A stretch of DNA of 64,000 nt from contig JBBSVU010000014.1 in the NCBI GenBank assembly GCA_038046645.1, positions 1,512-65,511 on the forward strand. The letters are read 5' to 3'. A program made the position numbers and the translations under genes. How positions within the stretch are numbered: the stretch's first letter is position 1; each line of letters opens with the position of its first letter. Below the pieces are notes generated by a model. That model ran no database searches and was not told the DNA's origin. It worked only from the letters and a program-made list of their open reading frames with translations. This stretch comes from an archaeon (lineage in GTDB: Archaea; Iainarchaeota; Iainarchaeia; Iainarchaeales; 0-14-0-20-34-12). Below, one piece after another: positions 42,765 through 51,758 of this stretch.

Positions 42765-42903
42765 TAAAGGACATAAATATTTGGCTATAATATAATCCTT
42801 TACTACAACTTAAAGCAAGCTTTAAGTGTACAATTAAATCCTTTGGATTTAATTTGTATCTAGCAAAAGACAATAAAAGTCTCAAAATTAAAGTCTTTTG
42901 CTA
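42764..42903. repeat. array of four short perfect hairpins in the nadA-nadC spacer
   Basis: GTAAAGGA..TCCTTTAC (42764-42803); ACTTAAAGC-AA-GCTTTAAGT (42808-42827); AATTAAATCC-TTT-GGATTTAATT (42832-42854); TAGCAAAAGAC..GTCTTTTGCTA (42861-42903). Confidence 0.65.
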
Positions 42904-42946
42904 TAAAGATAACAAAAATGCAGAATAAGAAGTGAAAAGTGATTAT

Positions 42947-43777
42947 ATGTTAACAAAAGAAATGGGGAAAAAACTGATTGAAATTCTTAAAGAGGATATT
43001 GGAAAGCGGGATGTTACCTCTGCTTTAGTTCCTGAAAAAACCTGCAAAGCAGTCATTAAAATTAATGAAAACTCAGTGATTGCAGGCATTGAAGAAGTTA
43101 CTTTATTATTTAAAACAAAAAGCTGCAAGGCAAAAGCATTTGTTAAAGATGGGCAATTTGCGAAAAAAAGAAAAATAATTATGGAAATTGAAGGCAAAAA
43201 CAGAAATATTCTGGAAACTGAAAGAACTGCATTAAATATTTTGGGAAGAATGTCGGGAGTAGCAAATATTTGCAATGATGCAAAGAAAATTGTCCCGAAG
43301 TTTAATGGAGAATTTGCATTAACAAGGAAAACAATGCCTGGCTTTAATTTGTTTGACAAAAAAGCAGCAAAAATTGCAGGAATAAATCCTCACAGGATTA
43401 ATTTGAATGATATGATTTTGATAAAGGAGAATCATCTGGACTTTTTTAAAACAGTAACTGATGCTTTGGTTAAAGCAAAAGAAAATGCAAATGGAAGGAA
43501 GATTGAAATTGAGGTAAAGAACCTAAAAGAAGCTTTTGAAGCTGCAAAATTAAAACCAGATAGAATTATGCTTGATAATTTTAATTTGAAAAATGCAAAA
43601 AAAACAATTAAAGAATTAAGAAAAATTTATGCTGGAGAAATAGAAATTTCCGGCGGGATAAACCTCAAGAATCTGAAGGGATATGCGAGACTTCAGCCTG
43701 ATTTGATTTCTTTGGGTCTGCTCACAAAGAAAGCTAATACAGTGGATTTCTCACTAGATATTAAAAAAATTAATTAG
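42947..43777 (+). CDS. nadC: nicotinate-nucleotide (quinolinate) phosphoribosyltransferase
   Basis: TERTALNILGRMSG, TRKT.PG, HR..L.D..LIKENH, IEVE, MLDN. ATG at 42947 (GTG at 42932 also possible). Confidence 0.9.
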   Translation: MLTKEMGKKLIEILKEDIGKRDVTSALVPEKTCKAVIKINENSVIAGIEEVTLLFKTKSCKAKAFVKDGQFAKKRKIIMEIEGKNRNILETERTALNILGRMSGVANICNDAKKIVPKFNGEFALTRKTMPGFNLFDKKAAKIAGINPHRINLNDMILIKENHLDFFKTVTDALVKAKENANGRKIEIEVKNLKEAFEAAKLKPDRIMLDNFNLKNAKKTIKELRKIYAGEIEISGGINLKNLKGYARLQPDLISLGLLTKKANTVDFSLDIKKIN

Positions 43778-43805
43778 TAAAAATTTTGTATTAATATTAC
43801 AAGAA

Positions 43806-43946
43806 TTAATTGGGTAGATTTTCCCCTAGTTTCTGGTTATGCATATAACCACAAGAAGGGCAGACCCATTGCTGATAGGTTTCATCATTTATTACCTGGG
43901 TTAAGCCTTCAACAGACATTTTTGCTTTGCATCTTGGGCAATTCAT
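43806..43946 (-). CDS. 46-aa zinc-ribbon protein (not in the ORF track)
   Basis: MNCPRCKAKMSVEGLTQVINDETYQQWVCPSCGYMHNQKLGENLPN. The ATG overlaps the purD stop (ATGA at 43943-43946). Confidence 0.5.
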   Translation of the reverse strand: MNCPRCKAKMSVEGLTQVINDETYQQWVCPSCGYMHNQKLGENLPN

Positions 43947-45256
43947 TTTTTAGCCTCTTTTTCTTTTTTTTGTTTCTGCAATTTAATCAAATCAATTGCC
44001 TTTTTCCCTATATCTGTACGGTACATCATCTTCTCAAACCTTACTTTTTCAACTGCAACATATGCTCTTTTTATTGATTGTTCAATATCTGCCCCTAAAG
44101 CTGTAACACTTAAAACTCTGCCACCATTAGTAACAACAGCATTTCCTTGCTTTTTAGTGCCTGCATGGAATACCTGGGTATTAGGCACTTTTGCAGCTAA
44201 ATCTAAACCGCTTATGGGAATTCCTTTTTCATAATTCCCAGGATAGCCACCCGATGCTAAAACAACTGCTGTGCAGGCATTTGGTGAAATATCAATTTTT
44301 GTTTTATTAAGGTTGCCATTTATGGTTGCCTGAAATAATTCAACTAAATCAGAATTTACCCTTGGGACAATTGCCTGTGTTTCCGGGTCGCCAAACCTGC
44401 AATTATATTCTAACAGCTTTGGATCTCCATTATTAATCATTAAGCCTGCATATAACACTCCTTTATATTCTATGCCTTCTGCAATTAAAGCATCAATTGT
44501 TTTCTGGATTATTTCAGCATCAACCTTCTGCCTTACCTTTTCAGTAAAAACTGGTGCAGGTGAATAAGCTCCCATCCCTCCGGTGTTCGGCCCAGAATCA
44601 TTGTCAAAAACCCTTTTATGGTCCTGTGCAGAAGGGAATGCCAAAAAGTTCTGCCCATCACATAAAACTAAATAGGAAACTTCTTCCCCGATTAATTTTT
44701 CTTCGATTACAATTTTATTTCCGGCTTTACCAAATTCATTATCAACCAAACATTGTTTGATTGCAGCATGTGCATGTTCCTTAGTATCTGCAATTATTAC
44801 CCCTTTCCCTGCTGCTAATCCATCTGCTTTTACGACAAGAGGGCCTTTTATTGAATCAACATAATCTAAAGCTTCATCATAATCATCAAATTCTTCAAAA
44901 GCAGGCCCTGGAATGTCATATTTTTTGCATAATGCCCTTGTAAATGCCTTGCTCCCTTCCAGCTGCGCACCTTTTTTTGTCGGGCCAAAACAGACAAGCC
45001 CTTTTTTATTAAACTCATCTACAATTCCTTCAACCAAAGGAGCCTCAGGCCCAACAATTGTCAAATCAATTTTTTTATCTGAAGCAAAATCTGCCAATTT
45101 TTTTATATCTTCAGAACCGATATCCAAATTCTCAGCTAACTGCAAAGTGCCTGCATTCCCTGGGGCGCAATAAATTTTTTTCACCAATTTGCTTTGTGCA
45201 ATCTTCCAAACAAGTGCATGCTCCCTACCGCCAGAACCAACAACAAGAATCTTCAA
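43943..45256 (-). CDS. purD: phosphoribosylamine--glycine ligase
   Basis: MKILVVGSGGREHAL, ATP-grasp motifs, GPNTGGMGAYSP, EYNCRFGDPE. Has a KE-rich C-terminal tail. Confidence 0.95.
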   Translation of the reverse strand: MKILVVGSGGREHALVWKIAQSKLVKKIYCAPGNAGTLQLAENLDIGSEDIKKLADFASDKKIDLTIVGPEAPLVEGIVDEFNKKGLVCFGPTKKGAQLEGSKAFTRALCKKYDIPGPAFEEFDDYDEALDYVDSIKGPLVVKADGLAAGKGVIIADTKEHAHAAIKQCLVDNEFGKAGNKIVIEEKLIGEEVSYLVLCDGQNFLAFPSAQDHKRVFDNDSGPNTGGMGAYSPAPVFTEKVRQKVDAEIIQKTIDALIAEGIEYKGVLYAGLMINNGDPKLLEYNCRFGDPETQAIVPRVNSDLVELFQATINGNLNKTKIDISPNACTAVVLASGGYPGNYEKGIPISGLDLAAKVPNTQVFHAGTKKQGNAVVTNGGRVLSVTALGADIEQSIKRAYVAVEKVRFEKMMYRTDIGKKAIDLIKLQKQKKEKEAKK

Positions 45257-45321
45257 ATTTATCCCCTAAAATCATTGATATTAAACATATTTAACTATTT
45301 TGTGGGTCATATTTTGTTAAT

Positions 45322-45990
45322 ATGATTAAGGCAGTAATCTTCGATTTGGACAATACACTAATTGACTTCATGAAAATGAAAAAAATGGCATCAGAAGCGG
45401 CTGTTTCTGCAATGATAGATGTTGGCTTAGATATGGAAGAGGATAAGGCAATTGAAAGGCTATTTGGGATGTATGAAGAACACGGATTTGAGGATCAGAC
45501 AATACTTGATAAATTCATTAAAGAGAACAATAAGGGAAACCTTGATTATAAGATGCTGGCAGCGGCTGTTGCTGCCTACAGAAAGGTAAAATCAGGCTAT
45601 TTAACGCCATATCCGCATGTGCAGAAAGTGCTGATTAAATTAAAGGAAAAAGGCATAAAATTAGGGATAGTTTCTGATGCCCCGATAAAGCAGGCATGGT
45701 TAAGGCTGGCAGAATTAAGGTTGATGGATTTCTTTGATGTTGTTATTGCAGTTGGGGGAACTGGCTTTGAAAAACCAAATAAAGCACCATTTGAAAAAGC
45801 CTTAAATGAATTAAAGGTAAAGGCTGAAGAAATTTTGTTTGTTGGGGACAACCCTGCAAGGGATATTGCCGGGGCAAAAAGAATGGGAATGAGAACTGCC
45901 TTAGCTAAATATGGACAGGTAAAAAAGAAAGGCTCAAAGGCAGACTATGTTTTGAATGATATTAAAGATTTGCTAAAAATTTTGGAGTAA
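45322..45990 (+). CDS. HAD-superfamily phosphatase
   Basis: Motif I VIFDLDNTL, motif II VSDAP, motif III/IV KPNKAP...VGDNPARDI. Confidence 0.75.
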   Translation: MIKAVIFDLDNTLIDFMKMKKMASEAAVSAMIDVGLDMEEDKAIERLFGMYEEHGFEDQTILDKFIKENNKGNLDYKMLAAAVAAYRKVKSGYLTPYPHVQKVLIKLKEKGIKLGIVSDAPIKQAWLRLAELRLMDFFDVVIAVGGTGFEKPNKAPFEKALNELKVKAEEILFVGDNPARDIAGAKRMGMRTALAKYGQVKKKGSKADYVLNDIKDLLKILE

Positions 45991-45996
45991 GGTCCT

Positions 45997-46233
45997 ATGC
46001 TAAGAAGATATATAAAAAGGCCTGGTGTGGTTCATGGCCGGCCGAAAGGAAAAGGAATTGGAAGAGGCAATAGGGGAAAAAGTTTACAAATAAAGTTGCT
46101 TCTCAAAAATACAAAATTAACAGAAGCGGATATTGCTAAACAAGCAAGATGCTCACGTGAAATGGTGCGGCTAGTAAAGGAATCAGTAATGCCTTGGCGA
46201 ATAAATTATGGCAGAAAGGGAACTAGGGGCTAA
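45997..46233 (+). CDS. small basic HTH protein
   Basis: 78 aa with an Arg/Gly/Lys-rich N-terminus, then LTEADIAKQARCSREMVRLV, an HTH-like segment. Confidence 0.45.
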   Translation: MLRRYIKRPGVVHGRPKGKGIGRGNRGKSLQIKLLLKNTKLTEADIAKQARCSREMVRLVKESVMPWRINYGRKGTRG

Positions 46234-46238
46234 TTTAA

Positions 46239-47135
46239 TTAATTTGTTGAATAACTCGAAGTAAGCTTTGCTTCAGTACCTGGATTATGCTCGGTTTGCA
46301 ATCGTTGTTTAAACTCTGATCTTTTACCAGTAACAAACGCTCTCTCGAATCTTGTGTTAAGGATAAGCCTTCCTTTTTCTGTCTTTCGTATAAATACTGA
46401 GTCATCTGTTACCCTTACTTCAAGCCAAGGCCTTCTTAAAAGCCTTTCAAGAACACTTGGGCCTAAGGATACAGGGCTGCCATTTAGCACTATTTCGCCA
46501 ATTTTTATTGCCTGTAAAACTCCATCTTTTCTTAATGAATTAACCATATTTTCTATTGCTTTTAATTTGTCCGTCATATATGCTAGGCTAAAATCTGAAA
46601 CAACAATATCATAAAAATTTTCTGGCAACCTTTCAGTTACTAAATCCAAAGCCCTTACATTATTGCGTAGATTTGCTACCACATCAACCCCATGATATTC
46701 AATCTTTTTTCTAATTGGGTTTTCATACTTATCAGCACCATGAATTTCTTGCAATTCAATTTTTGTTTTTAATTGAAATCCTAACTCGCCAGTACCCGCG
46801 CCAGCATCTAAAACCCTAACTTTATTTCTTGGGCATCCATTAATCAGATCTTCAACTGAGGGTAATTTAAAATCCCTAAAATCGTGATTATAATCAACTA
46901 ACCCTCTGCTGCGGTTATATCCTGCTGCTAACCCTCTTCCTCCATCTATTTTTTCATGTATTAAGCGAGCTACTGTGGGAGTAACCTGATCTAAAGAAAG
47001 CTTAGCAAGCCTGCTTCTTCTAATTGAAGAAGATTTTTTTGCATTTGCTTTAAATCTCCTTAAAGTTTCAAGCTCTTGGGATAAGGTAGGGGTTCTTCTT
47101 CCCTTATATCTTCTTCCAACAAATACTGCAGGCAT
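46239..47135 (-). CDS. class I SAM-dependent methyltransferase with Arg-rich N-terminal extension
   Basis: Motif I VLDAGAGTGELG and post-I acidic HGVDV. No substrate-domain clue. Confidence 0.7.
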   Translation of the reverse strand: MPAVFVGRRYKGRRTPTLSQELETLRRFKANAKKSSSIRRSRLAKLSLDQVTPTVARLIHEKIDGGRGLAAGYNRSRGLVDYNHDFRDFKLPSVEDLINGCPRNKVRVLDAGAGTGELGFQLKTKIELQEIHGADKYENPIRKKIEYHGVDVVANLRNNVRALDLVTERLPENFYDIVVSDFSLAYMTDKLKAIENMVNSLRKDGVLQAIKIGEIVLNGSPVSLGPSVLERLLRRPWLEVRVTDDSVFIRKTEKGRLILNTRFERAFVTGKRSEFKQRLQTEHNPGTEAKLTSSYSTN

Positions 47136-47316
47136 ACTATCCTTTGTGAAGAACTAGATTAAAAAACGTATTTAAGTAGACATTAGAGGAAGAGATTCCA
47201 CTACTTTTTTCTTGGTGTTAGAAGTGCTTCCCTCAGACTGGAAAAGACAACAAAAAGAAATAAGTGCACCAAGCACTACGAAAAGGAAATCTGTATTGGC
47301 CATGCTTGGCAAATTA

Positions 47317-47368
47317 TTTAACCGTGTGAGCGAGAAATCTACATCTTTTAGGCTGTGGAGGATGTCAC
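47317..47368 (+). mobile_element. 52-nt derivative of the IS200/IS605 element: left end and right end directly abutted (PATE/MITE-like)
   Basis: TTTAACCGTGTGAGCGAGAAATCTACATC (27/29 identical to the IS left end) + TTTTAGGC + TGTGGAGGATGTCAC (15/15 identical to the IS right end). Confidence 0.65.
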
Positions 47369-47461
47369 ATGAACTTAATTATGAAACTTAATTACTTTTT
47401 AATCTTCGACAGAATGTCGAACATCTATTAATATATTCCTTCAAACCATCAAATTATTCAT

Positions 47462-48736
47462 TTATTGATACTTATTCGACACTCTGGACAATTTCATCGG
47501 GCATAAATCAGCACACATTGTGCAGGAATCTAAAGAAGATTTTTTGCTGCAATAAATTTCTTGGGCTTTTTCACCATCAAGCAAAAGCTCAAACTGTTTT
47601 TTCCAATTTAAATCAAACCTTGCTTTTGAAACCTCATTATCTCTCTTCGCTAAATGTGGAAATCGTGTCAAATTAACTGCATGTGCAGCTATTTTTGTTG
47701 CAACAGTTCCTGCCCTTACATCCTCCTTGTTTGGCAAACCTAAGTGTTCTGAAGGGGTTACATAGCAGAGAAAATCCGCGCCATGCATTGCGGCTATTGC
47801 ACCGCCGATTGCTGCAGTGATATGGTCATAGCCTGCCCCTAAGTCTGTAACAAGAGGGCCTAAAACATAAAATGGGGCGTTATGGCAATATTTCTTTTCC
47901 ATATGCATTTGTTTTGCAATTTGGTTGATTGGAACATGCCCTGGGCCTTCAACAATGCATTGCACATTACTCTTGCGGGCAATTTTCACTAATTTCCCTA
48001 ATGTTTTTAATTCCGCAATTTGAAAATAATCGCCAGCATCATTTAAAGAGCCCGGCCTTAAAGCGTCACCTAAACTTAAAACAACATCCAATTCATTTGC
48101 TGTATCCAAAATTGTTTGGAAATTGGAATAAAGAGGATTTTCCTTGTTGTTGTGGAGCATCCATTGATATAACAAAGCGCCACCCCTGCTTACTATTCCA
48201 GCCAAACGGCCTTTCTTTGAATATTTTTCTGCAACATTTTTTGTAATGCCTGCATGAACTGTAATAAAATCAATGCCTAATTTCATGTGTGAAATAAAAA
48301 CATCAATAATTTCATCTTCAGTTGCATCTAAAAATGATTTTTTCTGGCAGATGTCATAAATAGGAACTGTACCTAAAGGAACAGGAATTTTCTCCAGCAG
48401 ATTTGAGCGCATTTCTTTTAAATTGCCTGCTGTGCTTAGGTCCATTATTGTATCTGAGCCATATTTCACGGCAATCTTGGCTTTTTCAAATTCTTCTTCT
48501 GCATTATTAAATGCTTTTGATGTCCCAATGTTTGCATTTATTTTTACAGAAACTAAAGAACCTATGGCAATTGGCTCTATTTTATGTTTGATATTTTTTG
48601 TAATGACTGTATGGCCTTTTGCAACTGATTTCATTAATTTTTTTGGATCAATTTGTTCTGCGGTTGCTGCTGCTTTAATTTCATCAGTAATTTTCCCTTT
48701 TTTTGCAGAAAAGATTTGTGTTGACATAAAAATCAA
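47462..48736 (-). CDS. thiC: phosphomethylpyrimidine synthase
   Basis: Radical-SAM ThiC family: VEGPGHVP, GPLVTD, C-terminal CTMCADLCPMK. Start could be the Met at 48727. Confidence 0.95.
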   Translation of the reverse strand: MIFMSTQIFSAKKGKITDEIKAAATAEQIDPKKLMKSVAKGHTVITKNIKHKIEPIAIGSLVSVKINANIGTSKAFNNAEEEFEKAKIAVKYGSDTIMDLSTAGNLKEMRSNLLEKIPVPLGTVPIYDICQKKSFLDATEDEIIDVFISHMKLGIDFITVHAGITKNVAEKYSKKGRLAGIVSRGGALLYQWMLHNNKENPLYSNFQTILDTANELDVVLSLGDALRPGSLNDAGDYFQIAELKTLGKLVKIARKSNVQCIVEGPGHVPINQIAKQMHMEKKYCHNAPFYVLGPLVTDLGAGYDHITAAIGGAIAAMHGADFLCYVTPSEHLGLPNKEDVRAGTVATKIAAHAVNLTRFPHLAKRDNEVSKARFDLNWKKQFELLLDGEKAQEIYCSKKSSLDSCTMCADLCPMKLSRVSNKYQ

Positions 48737-48879
48737 TAGGTTAAATATCTCTTATTTGGAAAATAATTCAAGCAATAAAAGGAATATAAATCCAACGAAT
48801 TTTGCAAAAAATTCATTGACTGTCAAAAACTGCTTACTTTTTTTAGGCATTTAATTAGCATTTTTGACATAGAACTCAA

Positions 48880-49947
48880 CTATTTTGCTAATTTATCGGC
48901 TTTTGCCAAAATCAAGCGAGCGGATTTTTCTGGATTAGGTACATTGCAAACTGCTTTAACAACCGCAATTCTCTTTGCTCCGGATTTAAATGCAATATGC
49001 ATTGTCTCAAGGTTCAGGCCGCCAATAGCAACAAATGGCTTGTTTTTGGTTTTTGCATATTTTATTAAAGATGGACCTACAGGTTTGTAAGGCACTGTGT
49101 TTGTATTAAAGATTGGCCCGACACTGAAATAATCAGGATTTTCCTTCAAGGCAGAATCCACTTGTTTTTTTGAATGCGTACTTTTTCCCATAACAAATTC
49201 ATTCCCTAAAATTGCCCTTGCATCTTTTACTGAAAGATCATCCTGCCCTAAATGAACGCCGTCTGCACCTATTGCAAATGCAAGATCAGCGCGGTCATCA
49301 ATTATTAAAATAGCATTGAATTTTTTAGTAAGCAAAAGCAGTTGCTTGCCAATTTTGAGAATTTCTTTGTCACTAAGGGTTTTTGCCCTTAGCTGGATAA
49401 TTCTGATGCCTGCTTTAAGAAGTGATTTTACTAAAGGAATATATTTTTTGGAATCTTTCAGGGTTAAAACAGCATAAATCTTTGAATTATTGAAAATTTT
49501 CATCCTTTGGGATTTTTTATAAAGGATAAAGAAATCTGTTTGAATTTTATAATTATAAAAGCGCAGGGATTTGAAGGATTTGGCTGCACTTATTGAATAA
49601 ATCTTCGAGAGTTCTTCAAGAACGCGCAAGGATTCTTGCATGCGCGAGAAATTTGCAAGCAAAAGTTCATCAAAATTCTTATTAAATTCCTCTTTTTGCA
49701 GAATGTTTGAACCGACATCATTTCCTTTTGCCCTTGAAATAGCTAAATCTGTGCGATTTAATGCTAATGATTTAAGTGTTTTTATAATTTCGTGCCTGTT
49801 TTTCTTCAAGCGAGAATTTAATTCCTTATTTTGAAGGGCAAACCTGCAGACATCCTCAATAAACCTTAAGCCTTCAAGCGCGCGGTCAATGTTTGCATCA
49901 ATAATATTCAGTGTTTTTGAATCAATTACTGAGTTCATAAATATCAA
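48880..49947 (-). CDS. thiE: thiamine-phosphate synthase with ~150-aa N-terminal extension
   Basis: C-terminal TMP-TENI domain (IIQLRAKTL, IIDDRADLAFAIGADGVHLGQDD, VAIGGL). The N-terminal domain has no function I can assign. Confidence 0.85.
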   Translation of the reverse strand: MIFMNSVIDSKTLNIIDANIDRALEGLRFIEDVCRFALQNKELNSRLKKNRHEIIKTLKSLALNRTDLAISRAKGNDVGSNILQKEEFNKNFDELLLANFSRMQESLRVLEELSKIYSISAAKSFKSLRFYNYKIQTDFFILYKKSQRMKIFNNSKIYAVLTLKDSKKYIPLVKSLLKAGIRIIQLRAKTLSDKEILKIGKQLLLLTKKFNAILIIDDRADLAFAIGADGVHLGQDDLSVKDARAILGNEFVMGKSTHSKKQVDSALKENPDYFSVGPIFNTNTVPYKPVGPSLIKYAKTKNKPFVAIGGLNLETMHIAFKSGAKRIAVVKAVCNVPNPEKSARLILAKADKLAK

Positions 49948-49948
49948 A

Positions 49949-50965
49949 TCAAGAAGTATCGCAGGGGTATTCCTTAAACTCTATTTTTTTCCCTTTTGCA
50001 AGCCTTTTTTTTATAAGCTCCAAACAGCTTGATCTTACATCTTCAAGATTTCCATTGCATTCAAATGCTGCTGCCCCTGAATGCCCTCCGCCCCTGCCTG
50101 AAAATCTTTTCTGCAAAGGTTCTATGACATCATGCACCAAATCAAAGGATTCTTTCTGCTGAATCGGGATATTTGCCCTTGCAGAAAGAACAAGCTCGGT
50201 TTTTGAAATCTCTGAGAATACAATTGAAACATCCGCTCCGATTTTAATGAAAAGCTGCGCAATATCCGCACTGAAAGAACCTATATGGCTGAAAACAATG
50301 ATATACTCATTTACCCTGAAAATACTCAAACGGCACATTGCTTTCAAGCGCGCAATTTTTTCGCTGTAATGGTGTTCCAATGACAGCAGATTCAGCATTT
50401 CAGAATAACTTTTCTCGGATTTTGAAAGCAGTTCATAAACATCGATAAATGTTTCCTTATCTGCATGATAAAAATTGCCTGAATCTGTAATTATCCCGCA
50501 AAGAAGCAATTGTGCAACATTTTTATCATACGAAATCTTGTTGGCATTAAAAATATTGAAAAGTATTGTAGATGTTGAGATAGCATCAGCATCAATAAAT
50601 GCATTTGCTCTGGGAACAATCTCTTTTGAATATTCATGATGGTCAATAATAAATTTTTCAGCCTTGGAATTTGCAAAAGAATCAGATAGGCTGCCAAGCA
50701 TATCCAAAGAATTCAAATCAAGCAGGATTATTTTATCAAAAGCTGACAAATCAGGGTTAATTAAGTAGGGAATGGAATAAAGTTTTGCAAGGTTTTTTGC
50801 TTCACTATTTATGCTATCCGGTATGCCTATGGAAACATCGCATTTGTCTTTAAGAATAAGATATAAGGAGGCTGATGAAGACAATGCATCAACATCAGCA
50901 GACCTATGGATTAATAAAAGAACTTTTTTACCATATATTGAAGAGAATGGAAATTTTAGGTTCAT
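49949..50965 (-). CDS. DHH/DHHA1 phosphoesterase (NrnA/RecJ-like)
   Basis: HRSADVDALSS, IIDHHEY (DHH), GGGHSGAAAF (DHHA1 GGGH). Confidence 0.8.
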   Translation of the reverse strand: MNLKFPFSSIYGKKVLLLIHRSADVDALSSSASLYLILKDKCDVSIGIPDSINSEAKNLAKLYSIPYLINPDLSAFDKIILLDLNSLDMLGSLSDSFANSKAEKFIIDHHEYSKEIVPRANAFIDADAISTSTILFNIFNANKISYDKNVAQLLLCGIITDSGNFYHADKETFIDVYELLSKSEKSYSEMLNLLSLEHHYSEKIARLKAMCRLSIFRVNEYIIVFSHIGSFSADIAQLFIKIGADVSIVFSEISKTELVLSARANIPIQQKESFDLVHDVIEPLQKRFSGRGGGHSGAAAFECNGNLEDVRSSCLELIKKRLAKGKKIEFKEYPCDTS

Positions 50966-50994
50966 TTTATTCCCCTAAATAATGCAACAAAGCA

Positions 50995-51375
50995 TTATTT
51001 TCTCTTTTTTGTTTCCTTTGCTTCTTTTACTTCTTTTGCTGGAGCTTTTTGGGCTTCTCCTTCAATCTCTGCCCTTAATTTATTCAATCGCTCGAGCAAA
51101 GCATCTTCCTGTTTTTGCAGGGTTGTGACCCTTAAATTAAATTTTTCTGATACTTCATCCAATTCCGTCTTTACTAGGTCAACATCTTTCAATACTAATA
51201 TATTTCCAACTGCTTTATACACTTTTTTCTCTTTTGTTTCTTTCAATTCTTTCAATGCTTCACTTATTGCAAAAGCTTGTGCCTGAATCTGCTGCTTCTG
51301 CCCCGAAATCATCATTAATTGCTCTCTGCTTTTTCTAAAATCAACTACCTTTTGCTGCATTGCTGCTTCATCCAT
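50995..51375 (-). CDS. pfdB: prefoldin beta subunit
   Basis: Two coiled-coil arms around KVYKAVGNILV. Sits in the exosome-superoperon context. Confidence 0.8.
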   Translation of the reverse strand: MDEAAMQQKVVDFRKSREQLMMISGQKQQIQAQAFAISEALKELKETKEKKVYKAVGNILVLKDVDLVKTELDEVSEKFNLRVTTLQKQEDALLERLNKLRAEIEGEAQKAPAKEVKEAKETKKRK

Positions 51376-51387
51376 AAAAAAACCTCC

Positions 51388-51630
51388 TTATTCTAAAGTT
51401 TTCAAATTATCTATAAGCATTATGCTTTTCAAATAAAAATTAATTGCTGCCCTTATTGCGGTCAAATCATCAGCCCTAATTTTTATTGAAAGCCCATTAT
51501 TGTTCAGGCCTATTTTTGATTTAGACCTGAACTGGTTATAATCATTATCTACTTGCAATAACTTCGCAACATTAGTTGCAAAATTTTTGTCCTCAAAGAA
51601 AAGTTTAACTGAAAGATTAAACATATTCAT
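51388..51630 (-). CDS. KEOPS subunit Pcc1-like
   Basis: 80 aa with ADDLTAIRAAINFYLKSI, which resembles the Pcc1 C-terminal helix. Conserved neighbourhood with pfdB, rpoP and eL43. Confidence 0.55.
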   Translation of the reverse strand: MNMFNLSVKLFFEDKNFATNVAKLLQVDNDYNQFRSKSKIGLNNNGLSIKIRADDLTAIRAAINFYLKSIMLIDNLKTLE

Positions 51631-51758
51631 CTTGCGACAAGATTTTTAGCTATTGGGGCTCTTTGTTTTAACAATACTTTGCCTGCGCAATTTGGGCAGC
51701 GTATCATTGGTTTTGGAATCTCATCCAAAAGCTTTCCACAAGACATGCATTTATACAT
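51627..51758 (-). CDS. rpoP: DNA-directed RNA polymerase subunit P (Rpo12/RpoP), not in the ORF track
   Basis: MYKCMSCGKLLDEIPKPMIRCPNCAGKVLLKQRAPIAKNLVAR is a CxxC...CxxC zinc ribbon. Its start overlaps the eL43 3' end, and its stop overlaps the Pcc1 start (ATGA). Confidence 0.75.
   Translation of the reverse strand: MYKCMSCGKLLDEIPKPMIRCPNCAGKVLLKQRAPIAKNLVAR

Noticed and set aside
47172-47303. 43-aa minus-strand micro-ORF MANTDFLFVVLGALISFCCLFQSEGSTSNTKKKVVESLPLMST next to the mini-IS
   Set aside because: It has no convincing ribosome-binding site or promoter and no conservation evidence available. It could be real, but I cannot support it.
48737-48879. Possible TPP riboswitch upstream of thiC
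   Set aside because: I looked for the conserved CUGAGA and ACCUGAUCUGGAUAAUGCCAGCG-like cores on the minus strand and did not find them. There is only a 12-bp inverted repeat (TGTCAAAAATGC..GCAGTTTTTGACA), more likely a thiE terminator.
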